Positions 28,772-35,335 are shown, numbered from the stretch's first letter. The stretch: 64,000 nucleotides of DNA from a virus (IMGVR_UViG_3300032315_001401:1-64000), one strand, 5' to 3'. Notes: generated by a model not told the origin, from the letters alone. A program made the numbers and translations.

Positions 28772-28854
28772 CGGAGAGAACAGGAATCGAACCTGCGAAG
28801 CTTTTACACCCAGCCGCTTTCAAGGCGGTGTCCTCGACCAACCGGACTCTCTCC
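28772..28854 (-). tRNA. tRNA-Ser(TGA)
   Basis: GGAGAG acceptor, loop CTTGAAA, long variable arm, G73. Confidence 0.9.
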
Positions 28855-28892
28855 ATGTGTTATAATATACTATATGTATTTGATTTTGTCAA

Positions 28893-29501
28893 GTGTTTAT
28901 CAAACCATCACAAAAAAGAATTGAATTTGAAAGACTTCTACACCAACTTGGATATAAAGACCGACTACCAGTCTATCCAAAAGAAAATAAGAGATATCAA
29001 CAAGTCAATTTCAAATGCTCTGATGGAGCAATGGCAATTTATACCTTTATTATACTCTATCAAACTAAAAAAAGTTACTTGTATTTAGAGTTTAAAGACC
29101 ATTATAAGTCACCAAATCTGAAAGAAAAGATTCAATTCCTTGCAGAAAAGATTCACTTTCACGAAAAAACCAGAGTTGCTGAAGTTGGTTGGGAAGTCAA
29201 ATATACAAAGCAACCGGATGAGTTTTCATTAGAAGAAAGAAAACAAATCTTCTATCACTTTATGAAATACACATATCAAAATCTTGAAGAAGGTATGGTA
29301 AAACTTTCACCAAGACCCGGTGATATTTTAGCAGCAAAACCTCACGGTCCAAAAATCAATGAAGGATTTACAGAATCTTCACTGGTGATTGGGAAGCATC
29401 AGAGGTCTTTGGTTGCCCGCAAATTTGGATTTGGTGAATTGCAAGAAGATGGATTTCAATACGCTCGTTATGATGAAAACTGCGTATTGAAACCTATCTG
29501 A
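28893..29501 (+). CDS. Orphan hypothetical protein, opposite strand
   Basis: 202 aa ORF divergent from tRNA-Ser. Confidence 0.65.
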   Translation: MFIKPSQKRIEFERLLHQLGYKDRLPVYPKENKRYQQVNFKCSDGAMAIYTFIILYQTKKSYLYLEFKDHYKSPNLKEKIQFLAEKIHFHEKTRVAEVGWEVKYTKQPDEFSLEERKQIFYHFMKYTYQNLEEGMVKLSPRPGDILAAKPHGPKINEGFTESSLVIGKHQRSLVARKFGFGELQEDGFQYARYDENCVLKPI

Positions 29502-29751
29502 CTTCAAAGTCAAGTCGCCTTACTTTACGTTGCCTTCTTTCCTCTTGCCACATAATATCAGCATTTGACAAAACATTATTTTTTTGTTTTGCTTGTGGAG
29601 AATTAATCATCACCACTTGGTCTAAATCAAGTGCTGAAATGACTCCATTACGAATGGTTGCCATATTCGAACAACCACAAGATACTGTTTTTCCAGAGAT
29701 GCCTTCTAACTCCTTACCACAGGAGCGGCATCTGATTTTAATGTTTTCCAT
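29494..29751 (-). CDS. Hypothetical Zn-ribbon protein
   Basis: CRSCG...CGCSN. Confidence 0.7.
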   Translation of the reverse strand: MENIKIRCRSCGKELEGISGKTVSCGCSNMATIRNGVISALDLDQVVMINSPQAKQKNNVLSNADIMWQEERRQRKVRRLDFEVR

Positions 29752-29757
29752 AGTTAA

Positions 29758-30195
29758 TTATTTTTCAGTAAATGAACGAAGCATCCAAACGAACTTACCG
29801 TGTGCTTCATTTAAATCATCAAGAAGATTGACTGTGCCTCTTGACTTTTGCTCATCCGCTTCTACAGCAGCATCTGAAAGCATTGTGATTATTTTTTGAT
29901 GACCTTCCATCAAATCACGAATCATTTCCATTTCGGAAATATTAGATTTTGCTTCACCGATACCAGAAACTTCTACTACTCTGGTCAGAGAACTAACTGG
30001 TTTAATTTCAAGAAATCTCATGTGCTCTGCAATACGATCAACTTCTTCCTGAATTGCAAGATACTGCTCACCAAATAAATCGTGAATCTGCTTAAAGTCA
30101 GGTCCAACAATATGCCAGTGATAGACCCAAGTCTTTTGGAACAATACAAAAAGACTTGCTTGAGTATCAGAAAGTAATTTATATAGTTTTTCCAT
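29758..30195 (-). CDS. dps: Dps-family ferritin-like protein
   Basis: YHWHIVGPDFKQIHDLFGEQY, DRIAEH, HGKFVWML ferroxidase signature. Confidence 0.92.
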   Translation of the reverse strand: MEKLYKLLSDTQASLFVLFQKTWVYHWHIVGPDFKQIHDLFGEQYLAIQEEVDRIAEHMRFLEIKPVSSLTRVVEVSGIGEAKSNISEMEMIRDLMEGHQKIITMLSDAAVEADEQKSRGTVNLLDDLNEAHGKFVWMLRSFTEK

Positions 30196-30221
30196 TATAC
30201 CTGTTTTTTAGGTATTTATAA

Positions 30222-30293
30222 TGGGCGATACTGGATTCGAACCAGTGACCATCTCCGTGTAAAGGAGGCACTCTACCGCTGAGTTAATCGCCC
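30222..30293 (-). tRNA. tRNA-Val(TAC)
   Basis: Loop TTTACAC; cloverleaf. Confidence 0.92.
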
Positions 30294-30300
30294 AAAAAAG

Positions 30301-30465
30301 TCAAGATTGACTTAACATATATTCTACAGTGTTTGCTATATCACTCATAGCATCACGAAGATTTTCTCTTTGACCTGACTCTTGTTTAATGATTGGTCGA
30401 TGGTCGTCAGTTAAGGTCCACCGCCACTGATTCATTTCTTTACAATACCAAAGATTAATTTTCAT
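30301..30465 (-). CDS. Small hypothetical protein (54 aa)
   Basis: MKINLWYCKEMNQWRWTLTDDHRPIIKQESGQRENLRDAMSDIANTVEYMLSQS. Confidence 0.6.
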   Translation of the reverse strand: MKINLWYCKEMNQWRWTLTDDHRPIIKQESGQRENLRDAMSDIANTVEYMLSQS

Positions 30466-30613
30466 TCTTAAAATGCTCTAGTTCAATCCAACGAAGAAGA
30501 GTATTAAACGCTGTAATAGATGCTTGAGTACAATTATCTTCTTTTAATTTACGAATATAATACTCAAGTGCTTCGATGACCATTTCACGGTCCATTTGAG
30601 AAATAAGAGACAT
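30455..30613 (-). CDS. Small hypothetical protein (52 aa)
   Basis: MSLISQMDREMVIEALEYIIRKLKEDNCTQASITAFNTLLRWIELEHFKNEN; GGAGG RBS. Confidence 0.6.
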   Translation of the reverse strand: MSLISQMDREMVIEALEYYIRKLKEDNCTQASITAFNTLLRWIELEHFKNEN

Positions 30614-30634
30614 AACCCTCCTGATTCATTTCCT

Positions 30635-30669
30635 ATTATACTGAAAAGGGGAGTCGTTGTCAACTCCCC
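30635..30669 (-). promoter_or_regulatory. Terminator hairpin overlapping a sigma70 promoter
   Basis: GGGGAG-TTGACAACGA-CTCCCC-TTTT; TTGACA-N17-TATAAT. Confidence 0.85.
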
Positions 30670-30692
30670 AATTCACACTATGTATTCAAATA

Positions 30693-31577
30693 TCAGAACT
30701 TGAAACCAAGACCAGTAGTGAAGACTGGCGAATAAGTTCCATTGGTAGCACCGTAACTGTTAGCAGCATTGGTGGTAGGGAACTTCAGGTCAGCAAAACC
30801 AACGAGTGAATTGCTGATGCGACCTTCGACTCCAAGAGCAAGAACAAATTGACCACGATTGCCAACTGCCGACTGATAGTTGGAAGTAGTATTGTTCACG
30901 AAGGGAATCTGATAACCAACACCAGCATACACATTGGCACGACTCACACCACTCTTGGCACGGGAAACGCTCCAGTCATAAGAAACCAGAGCACCACCAC
31001 CCGCGCCGATTTGACCAGCAGGACTACCGACAAGGTTGGCATAGGGACGAACTGAAACAGCATTCAGATTGGTGAAGTTCTTCACAGCATAACGTGCTTG
31101 AATCGTGGCACCGGAGACAGTTTTTTGAGCACTGAATCCATTACCAGCAACACCTTGCTGATCGAGAAGCACACCAACACCCAGATAATTACCAACACCT
31201 TGTGCCTTTTGAGCAGCAGCGACTTCAAGTGCAGTCACACGAGTATTGGTAGCAGCAATCTCCTTTGCAAACTCTGCACGAAGGGCAGCAGCAAGAGCAG
31301 CATCAGCGGCACTTTGATACTCACTAATGCGGTCGAGGCAAGCATTAGTCAGAGCAGCAAGTTCAGCACGGGTCGCAGGTTGACCAGGACGGAAGGTGCC
31401 ATTGGGATAACCAGCAACACAACCGTAACGCTCTACCAGATTAGTGATTGCTTGATAAGACCACTGGGTAGGTTGAACATCACGCAGTTGAGAAGCACTG
31501 GTGACTTGTGCCATAGCAGGAGCAGCAATAGAAGTTGCAGCAACTACGCCAGCAGCAATAATATTTTGAAAAGTCAT
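30693..31577 (-). CDS. SLH-domain outer-membrane beta-barrel protein
   Basis: Signal peptide (AxA), SLH motif DVQPTQWSYQAI...VAGYPNGTFRP...TRAE, amphipathic strands, terminal GLGFKF. Confidence 0.85.
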   Translation of the reverse strand: MTFQNIIAAGVVAATSIAAPAMAQVTSASQLRDVQPTQWSYQAITNLVERYGCVAGYPNGTFRPGQPATRAELAALTNACLDRISEYQSAADAALAAALRAEFAKEIAATNTRVTALEVAAAQKAQGVGNYLGVGVLLDQQGVAGNGFSAQKTVSGATIQARYAVKNFTNLNAVSVRPYANLVGSPAGQIGAGGGALVSYDWSVSRAKSGVSRANVYAGVGYQIPFVNNTTSNYQSAVGNRGQFVLALGVEGRISNSLVGFADLKFPTTNAANSYGATNGTYSPVFTTGLGFKF

Positions 31578-31634
31578 ATTGTATTAAGATTTACAACTAC
31601 GATGGTTATTTAGACGCCCCGAATTTATAGGGCA

Positions 31635-31706
31635 AGCGGAGTATCGGATTCGAACCGACGACATCTAACTTGGAAGGATAGCGTTCTACCACTGAACTAA
31701 CTCCGC
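31635..31706 (-). tRNA. tRNA-Gly(TCC)
   Basis: Loop CTTCCAA; U73. Confidence 0.92.
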
Positions 31707-31784
31707 AATGTGGGAGATTTGACTCTCCCGGCACTTGCCTTCACACGGACATATGAAGTATATGACATAATGAGTATTATGTCA

Positions 31785-31856
31785 AGCCCCCGACCGGATT
31801 TGAACCAGCGACCAATGGTTTACAAAACCATTGCTCTACCACTGAGCTACAAGGGC
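31785..31856 (-). tRNA. tRNA-Thr(TGT)
   Basis: ATGGT-TTTGTAA-ACCAT. Confidence 0.92.
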
Positions 31857-31935
31857 AACACGGGGGTGATCAAGTCCCCGACCTAACAAAGTTAGGATTT
31901 AGAAAGGAAGACCCGGACATTTCCAGTTCTTCCAA

Positions 31936-32008
31936 CTGGGGCGGCAGGGATCGAACCTGCGACCTAGATGTTAACAGCATCCCGCTACTACCGCTGAGCT
32001 ACACCCCA
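31936..32008 (-). tRNA. tRNA-Asn(GTT)
   Basis: Loop CTGTTAA; U1-A72, G73. Confidence 0.92.
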
Positions 32009-32019
32009 ATATTTGTTTT

Positions 32020-32054
32020 TATAAATAAGATTAGCACCTAATGTTAATCTTATG
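32020..32054 (+). promoter_or_regulatory. Late promoter TATAAATA plus a 12-bp hairpin reaching into the HNH start codon
   Basis: ATAAGATTAGCA-CCTAA-TGTTAATCTTAT(G). Confidence 0.75.
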
Positions 32055-32396
32055 AAATGTGTTTGGCATCTATGTTTAGAAGAAGCAGTGCTCTACAATG
32101 GTAGAGGTAAGTTTTGTTCTAAGCAATGTAAGAACAAATACTATGTAGACCAGAAAAGAAAGAAACTCAAGCAAGACAGTATAGCATATAAAGGTGGTGC
32201 TTGTCAATGCTGTGGTTACAATCGCTCACATTGGGCTTTAGAGTTTCACCATTTGGACCCCAAAGAAAAAGATTTTCATCTGTCTAAAGGTGGTCATACT
32301 AGAAGTTGGGAAAAAGTCAAAGAAGAATTAAACAAATGCATTCTAGTATGCTCTAACTGCCATTCTGAAATTCATCACGGAATTCGCAATGTATAA
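32052..32396 (+). CDS. HNH homing endonuclease inside the tRNA array
   Basis: KGGACQCCGY...LEFHHLDP...KCILVCSNCHSEIH. Confidence 0.9.
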   Translation: MKCVWHLCLEEAVLYNGRGKFCSKQCKNKYYVDQKRKKLKQDSIAYKGGACQCCGYNRSHWALEFHHLDPKEKDFHLSKGGHTRSWEKVKEELNKCILVCSNCHSEIHHGIRNV

Positions 32397-32441
32397 GGAG
32401 AAGGAGAGCTCTTGGACGAATCCGCAGGATCACTTCCCCAG

Positions 32442-32512
32442 TGGAGAATAGCAGAATCGAACTGCTAATAAGTGCTTGCAAAGCACCCGTTATACCGTTT
32501 AACTAATTCCCC
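32442..32512 (-). tRNA. tRNA-Ala(TGC), copy 1
   Basis: G3:U70, loop TTTGCAA. Confidence 0.9.
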
Positions 32513-32516
32513 AAAT

Positions 32517-32591
32517 TGGAGGCGGGGGGTGGAGTTGAACCACCTACCTGAAGCTTATGAGACTTCTGTGCAACCATTACACTTCCCCACG
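32517..32591 (-). tRNA. tRNA-CAT (Met; possibly initiator-like), CCA encoded
   Basis: GAAGT-CTCATAA-GCTTC; C1:C72 mismatch; A at position 8. Confidence 0.8.
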
Positions 32592-32685
32592 ATGAAGGGT
32601 TAAGTGTGGTATGCCTTAAGGACATATCAGGGACTTAACCTCTGTCTTTTATATATTAGGGTATTTTCAAAAATTTGTCAACCCC

Positions 32686-33156
32686 CTACTGAAACAAATA
32701 GTCCTTCCATTCAAAAACTTTTGTTTTCTGAATATCAAGTATCACTCTACTAATTGGTGCTTGTGGAATACTCTTTAAGACCATATTAGTCTCTTTAAGA
32801 AGTTTATTTCCTTTTTTAAGATTACAAGATGTGCAACAAGCAACTAAATTATCCCAAGTATCTTGACCACCTTTTGATCGGGGAATTATGTGGTCAATTG
32901 TAAGGTCATTTTTAGACCCACAATACTGACATTCATAATCATCCCGTTTATAGATGAGAGCTCTCGTTGGGTAATCTGATCTTCCATAGGAAAATGGAAT
33001 TTTCACATAATTCACCAAACGAATAATTCTCTTGGAGATAAGTTTTGCTTTCTGTTTAAAAAGTAAAACAATTGCACGTTTCCAATTAGTGAAGTGTAGT
33101 GGCTCGTAAGAACTATTCAAAACTAGTATAGTTGAGTATGGTTCTACTAATTCCAT
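32686..33156 (-). CDS. HNH endonuclease (McrA-like)
   Basis: Start MELVEPY...; LVLNSSYEPL, RDDYECQYCG, LTIDHIIPRSKGG, NLVACCTSCN. The longer track ORF runs over tRNA genes. Confidence 0.9.
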   Translation of the reverse strand: MELVEPYSTILVLNSSYEPLHFTNWKRAIVLLFKQKAKLISKRIIRLVNYVKIPFSYGRSDYPTRALIYKRDDYECQYCGSKNDLTIDHIIPRSKGGQDTWDNLVACCTSCNLKKGNKLLKETNMVLKSIPQAPISRVILDIQKTKVFEWKDYLFQ

Positions 33157-33193
33157 TTTCCTATCACACCTCTCGTTGCTATTTAGATTTAAA

Positions 33194-33270
33194 TGGCACC
33201 CTCTGCAAGATTCGAACTTGCGACTTCTTGGTTCGTAGCCAAGCACTCTGGTCCACTGAGTTAAGAGGGC
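33194..33270 (-). tRNA. tRNA-Arg(ACG), CCA encoded
   Basis: CTTGG-CTACGAA-CCAAG. Confidence 0.92.
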
Positions 33271-33273
33271 AGG

Positions 33274-33345
33274 CGAAGGATGAGGGACTTGAACCCCCAC
33301 TAACGGTTTTGGAGACCGTCGTGCTACCAATTACACCAATCCAAC
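33274..33345 (-). tRNA. tRNA-Trp(CCA) with two acceptor-stem mismatches
   Basis: ACGGT-CTCCAAA-ACCGT; acceptor GTTGGAT/ATCCTTC. Confidence 0.75.
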
Positions 33346-33349
33346 AAGG

Positions 33350-33423
33350 TGTCCGTGAGAGGACTCGAACCTCCAACAAATAGATCCTTAGTCTATTGCC
33401 TCTTCCAATTGGGCTACACGGAC
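33350..33423 (-). tRNA. tRNA-Leu(AAG), short variable loop
   Basis: ATAGA-CTAAGGA-TCTAT; perfect acceptor GTCCGTG/CACGGAC, A73. Confidence 0.8.
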
Positions 33424-33426
33424 GAG

Positions 33427-33498
33427 TTCCAGAACTAGGATTCGAACCTAGATAAACTCCTTCAAAGGGAGGTGTCCTGCCAGTTAGACGATTCTGGA
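33427..33498 (-). tRNA. tRNA-Gln(TTG)
   Basis: Loop CTTTGAA; U1-A72. Confidence 0.88.
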
Positions 33499-33503
33499 TT
33501 AGG

Positions 33504-33577
33504 AGTTCAGGGTGGGATTCGAACCCACGATAAGAAGTTTTGCAGACTTCCGCATTCGACCACTCTGCCACCTGAAC
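33504..33577 (-). tRNA. tRNA-Cys(GCA)
   Basis: GAAGT-CTGCAAA-ACTTC; U73. Confidence 0.92.
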
Positions 33578-33579
33578 GG

Positions 33580-33651
33580 GGTGTCGTATGAGAATTGAAC
33601 TCATCTCCTCTGTTTCACAAACAGATGCCTTGACCACTAGGCTAACGACAC
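33580..33651 (-). tRNA. tRNA-His(GTG)
   Basis: TCTGT-TTGTGAA-ACAGA; C73; base -1 is T. Confidence 0.88.
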
Positions 33652-33652
33652 A

Positions 33653-33724
33653 AGGCAGTAGGTAGAATTGAACTACCGACATAGAGGGTATGAATCTCTT
33701 GTTCTACCACTGAACTACACTGCC
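33653..33724 (-). tRNA. tRNA-CAT (Met or Ile2)
   Basis: Loop TTCATAC. Confidence 0.82.
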
Positions 33725-33726
33725 AA

Positions 33727-33811
33727 CGGAGAGTAGAGGATTCGAACCTCTGGTGCTGTTACACACAAGACCTTTCCAAGATCTCACCATAAACCACTCG
33801 GACAACTCTCC
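33727..33811 (-). tRNA. tRNA-Ser(GGA)
   Basis: AGATC-TTGGAAA-GGTCT; long variable arm. Confidence 0.9.
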
Positions 33812-33815
33812 AAGG

Positions 33816-33898
33816 CGGAAGATGTTGGATTCGAACCAACGGAGGTTTTATCCTCACGGTTTAGCAAACCGCTGCATTAACCGCTCTGCCAATCTTCC
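33816..33898 (-). tRNA. tRNA-Ser(GCT)
   Basis: GCGGT-TTGCTAA-ACCGT; long variable arm. Confidence 0.9.
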
Positions 33899-33902
33899 AA
33901 GT

Positions 33903-33992
33903 AGGGAGAGGGTGGAATCGAACCACCATTGCCAATGGACGGAATCGAACCGTCTCTGATACCGTCGTATCCACCATCCAAGGTGCTCTCCC
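33903..33992 (-). ncRNA. tRNA-like RNA with two T-arms and no anticodon loop
   Basis: Acceptor GGGAGAG/CTCTCCC; GACGG-TTCGATT-CCGTC and GGTGG-TTCGATT-CCACC; GATAC-GACG-GTATC hairpin. Confidence 0.7.
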
Positions 33993-33995
33993 AAG

Positions 33996-34067
33996 TGGAA
34001 CCGACAAGATTTGAACTTGTGACCGCTCGGTTATCAGCCGAGTGCTCTACCACTGAGCTACGGTTCC
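33996..34067 (-). tRNA. tRNA-Ile(GAT)
   Basis: CTCGG-CTGATAA-CCGAG. Confidence 0.93.
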
Positions 34068-34069
34068 AT

Positions 34070-34186
34070 CAAGGTAGGGGTCGATATCAACAACCTACCA
34101 GTTTCAGTTTTCGGACTGAAAAACCTATCACTAACCAACCGAAGTTTCATAACGGAGGAAGTGAATCTCCGTGACCATAAGGTCAA
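34070..34186 (-). ncRNA. Four-hairpin structured RNA between tRNA-Phe and tRNA-Ile
   Basis: TGACC/GGTCA, CGGAG/CTCCG, TTCAGT/ACTGAA, GGTAGG/CCTACC helices. Confidence 0.5.
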
Positions 34187-34187
34187 G

Positions 34188-34261
34188 AGGGAACAATCGG
34201 ATTTGAACCGATAACACCTTGATCTTCAATCAAGTGCTCTACCAATTGGAGCTATGTTCCC
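34188..34261 (-). tRNA. tRNA-Phe(GAA)
   Basis: CTTGA-TTGAAGA-TCAAG. Confidence 0.9.
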
Positions 34262-34264
34262 AAG

Positions 34265-34336
34265 TCCAGAAGGTTGGATTTGAACCAACGTCCTCACCGC
34301 CCCAAACGGTGCCGTCTACCGCTGACTTACTCCTGG
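34265..34336 (-). tRNA. tRNA-Pro(TGG), copy 2
   Basis: Near-identical to 28073-28144. Confidence 0.9.
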
Positions 34337-34337
34337 A

Positions 34338-34412
34338 TGGTAGTCTCGAAGGGATTTGAACCCTCGTTTTTGCTGTGAAAGAGCAACGTCCTAACCATTA
34401 GACGACGAGACC
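34338..34412 (-). tRNA. tRNA-Glu(TTC), CCA encoded
   Basis: TTGCT-CTTTCAC-AGCAA. Confidence 0.9.
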
Positions 34413-34460
34413 TTGATGCTACAACCACCAAGGAGGGACACTCCATCGGCAGCGTAGCAA

Positions 34461-34533
34461 CGACCCTAACGGGATTCGAACCCGTGATACCACCGTGACA
34501 GGGTAGCGTGATAGACCACTTCACTATAGGGTC
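34461..34533 (-). tRNA. tRNA-Asp(GTC)
   Basis: CTACC-CTGTCAC-GGTGG; G73. Confidence 0.92.
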
Positions 34534-34579
34534 AAGAGCACAATCCACTACCAATGGTATCATTGGGCAGATCATGCAG

Positions 34580-34670
34580 TGGGAGAGGAGGGAATTGAAC
34601 CCCCGATGGTTCCGATGTAACGGTTTTACAGACCGCAGCCACACATATTGCCAACAGTAGCCACTCTCCC
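34580..34670 (-). tRNA. tRNA-Tyr(GTA), enlarged D-loop
   Basis: GCGGT-CTGTAAA-ACCGT; long variable arm. Confidence 0.88.
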
Positions 34671-34673
34671 AGA

Positions 34674-34742
34674 TAGGTTCAATTGAGTTACGGCACTGAG
34701 AAGCATTAGATCTCCCCCAAGAGTCCGTTTCAAGAGAACCTA
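34674..34742 (-). ncRNA. Long irregular hairpin RNA between tRNA-Lys and tRNA-Tyr
   Basis: Nested helices TAGGTTC/GAACCTA, TTGA/TCAA, ACGG/CCGT, ACT/AGT, GGAGA/TTCTC. Confidence 0.5.
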
Positions 34743-34743
34743 A

Positions 34744-34815
34744 TGGGACATCTCGGATTCGAACCGAGGACTAACCGGTTAAAAGCCGGATACTCTACCG
34801 CTGAGTTAATGTCCC
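34744..34815 (-). tRNA. tRNA-Lys(TTT)
   Basis: Loop CTTTTAA. Confidence 0.93.
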
Positions 34816-35002
34816 ACATAATATGGATAAATATTCGGTTGTCTAGGTTCGGTGTGGTCTCTCTCGACCACTTGATTAGAATACCACCGTTTGGTCTCTG
34901 GGGGGAGATTGGTGGACACTTAGGAAACTGTCACAAGCAACAAAAAAGGGGAGGAAACTTTTGGTTTCTCTCCCCTGTCTTTTTGCTTTTATGGATTACA
35001 TC

Positions 35003-35104
35003 TTACATAAGACTTTCCATATCCGCAAACAGGGGAGCACCCTCAATATGCCAATAGCGGCAATCGAGAATACTAAACTGTTTTGTGGGCATTGGGAAAG
35101 TCAT
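35003..35104 (-). CDS. 33-aa hypothetical peptide behind a late promoter
   Basis: MTFPMPTKQFSILDCRYWHIEGAPLFADMESLM; TATAAATA about 25 bp upstream; purine-rich hairpin downstream. Confidence 0.5.
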   Translation of the reverse strand: MTFPMPTKQFSILDCRYWHIEGAPLFADMESLM

Positions 35105-35157
35105 TGTTTTCGACCTAAGTGTTTTTATTTATAAGACTTTTTTTTCAAAAAGTCAAG

Positions 35158-35231
35158 CGTCTCAGGTTGGATTCGAACCAACGGCTAACCGCTTAGAAGG
35201 CGGATACTCTTGTCCACTGAGTTACTGAGAC
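35158..35231 (-). tRNA. tRNA-Arg(TCT)
   Basis: Loop CTTCTAA. Confidence 0.92.
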
Positions 35232-35234
35232 ATA

Positions 35235-35300
35235 AAGTAGGTTCCTATCGCCGCCACTCCTGAACCTACCGAAGGGGAGTGTCGCAGTTGATTTCTCAAC
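35235..35300 (-). ncRNA. Pseudoknotted leader RNA upstream of tRNA-Arg(TCT)
   Basis: GTTGA-GAAA-TCAAC hairpin; ACTCC/GGAGT stem whose loop TAGGTTC pairs with downstream GAACCTA. Confidence 0.5.
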
Positions 35301-35306
35301 CCTGAT

Positions 35307-35335
35307 ATTATAAGGTATTAAGGGTCGCTCGTCAA
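35307..35335 (-). promoter_or_regulatory. Sigma70 promoter
   Basis: TTGACG-N17-TATAAT. Confidence 0.82.

Noticed and set aside
31098-31613. + strand 171-aa ORF
   Set aside because: Antisense shadow of the SLH/barrel gene with low-complexity Ser/Thr translation
34070-34186. Hammerhead or HDV-like ribozyme
   Set aside because: No CUGANGA/GAAA core in the right topology and no nested double pseudoknot found by eye
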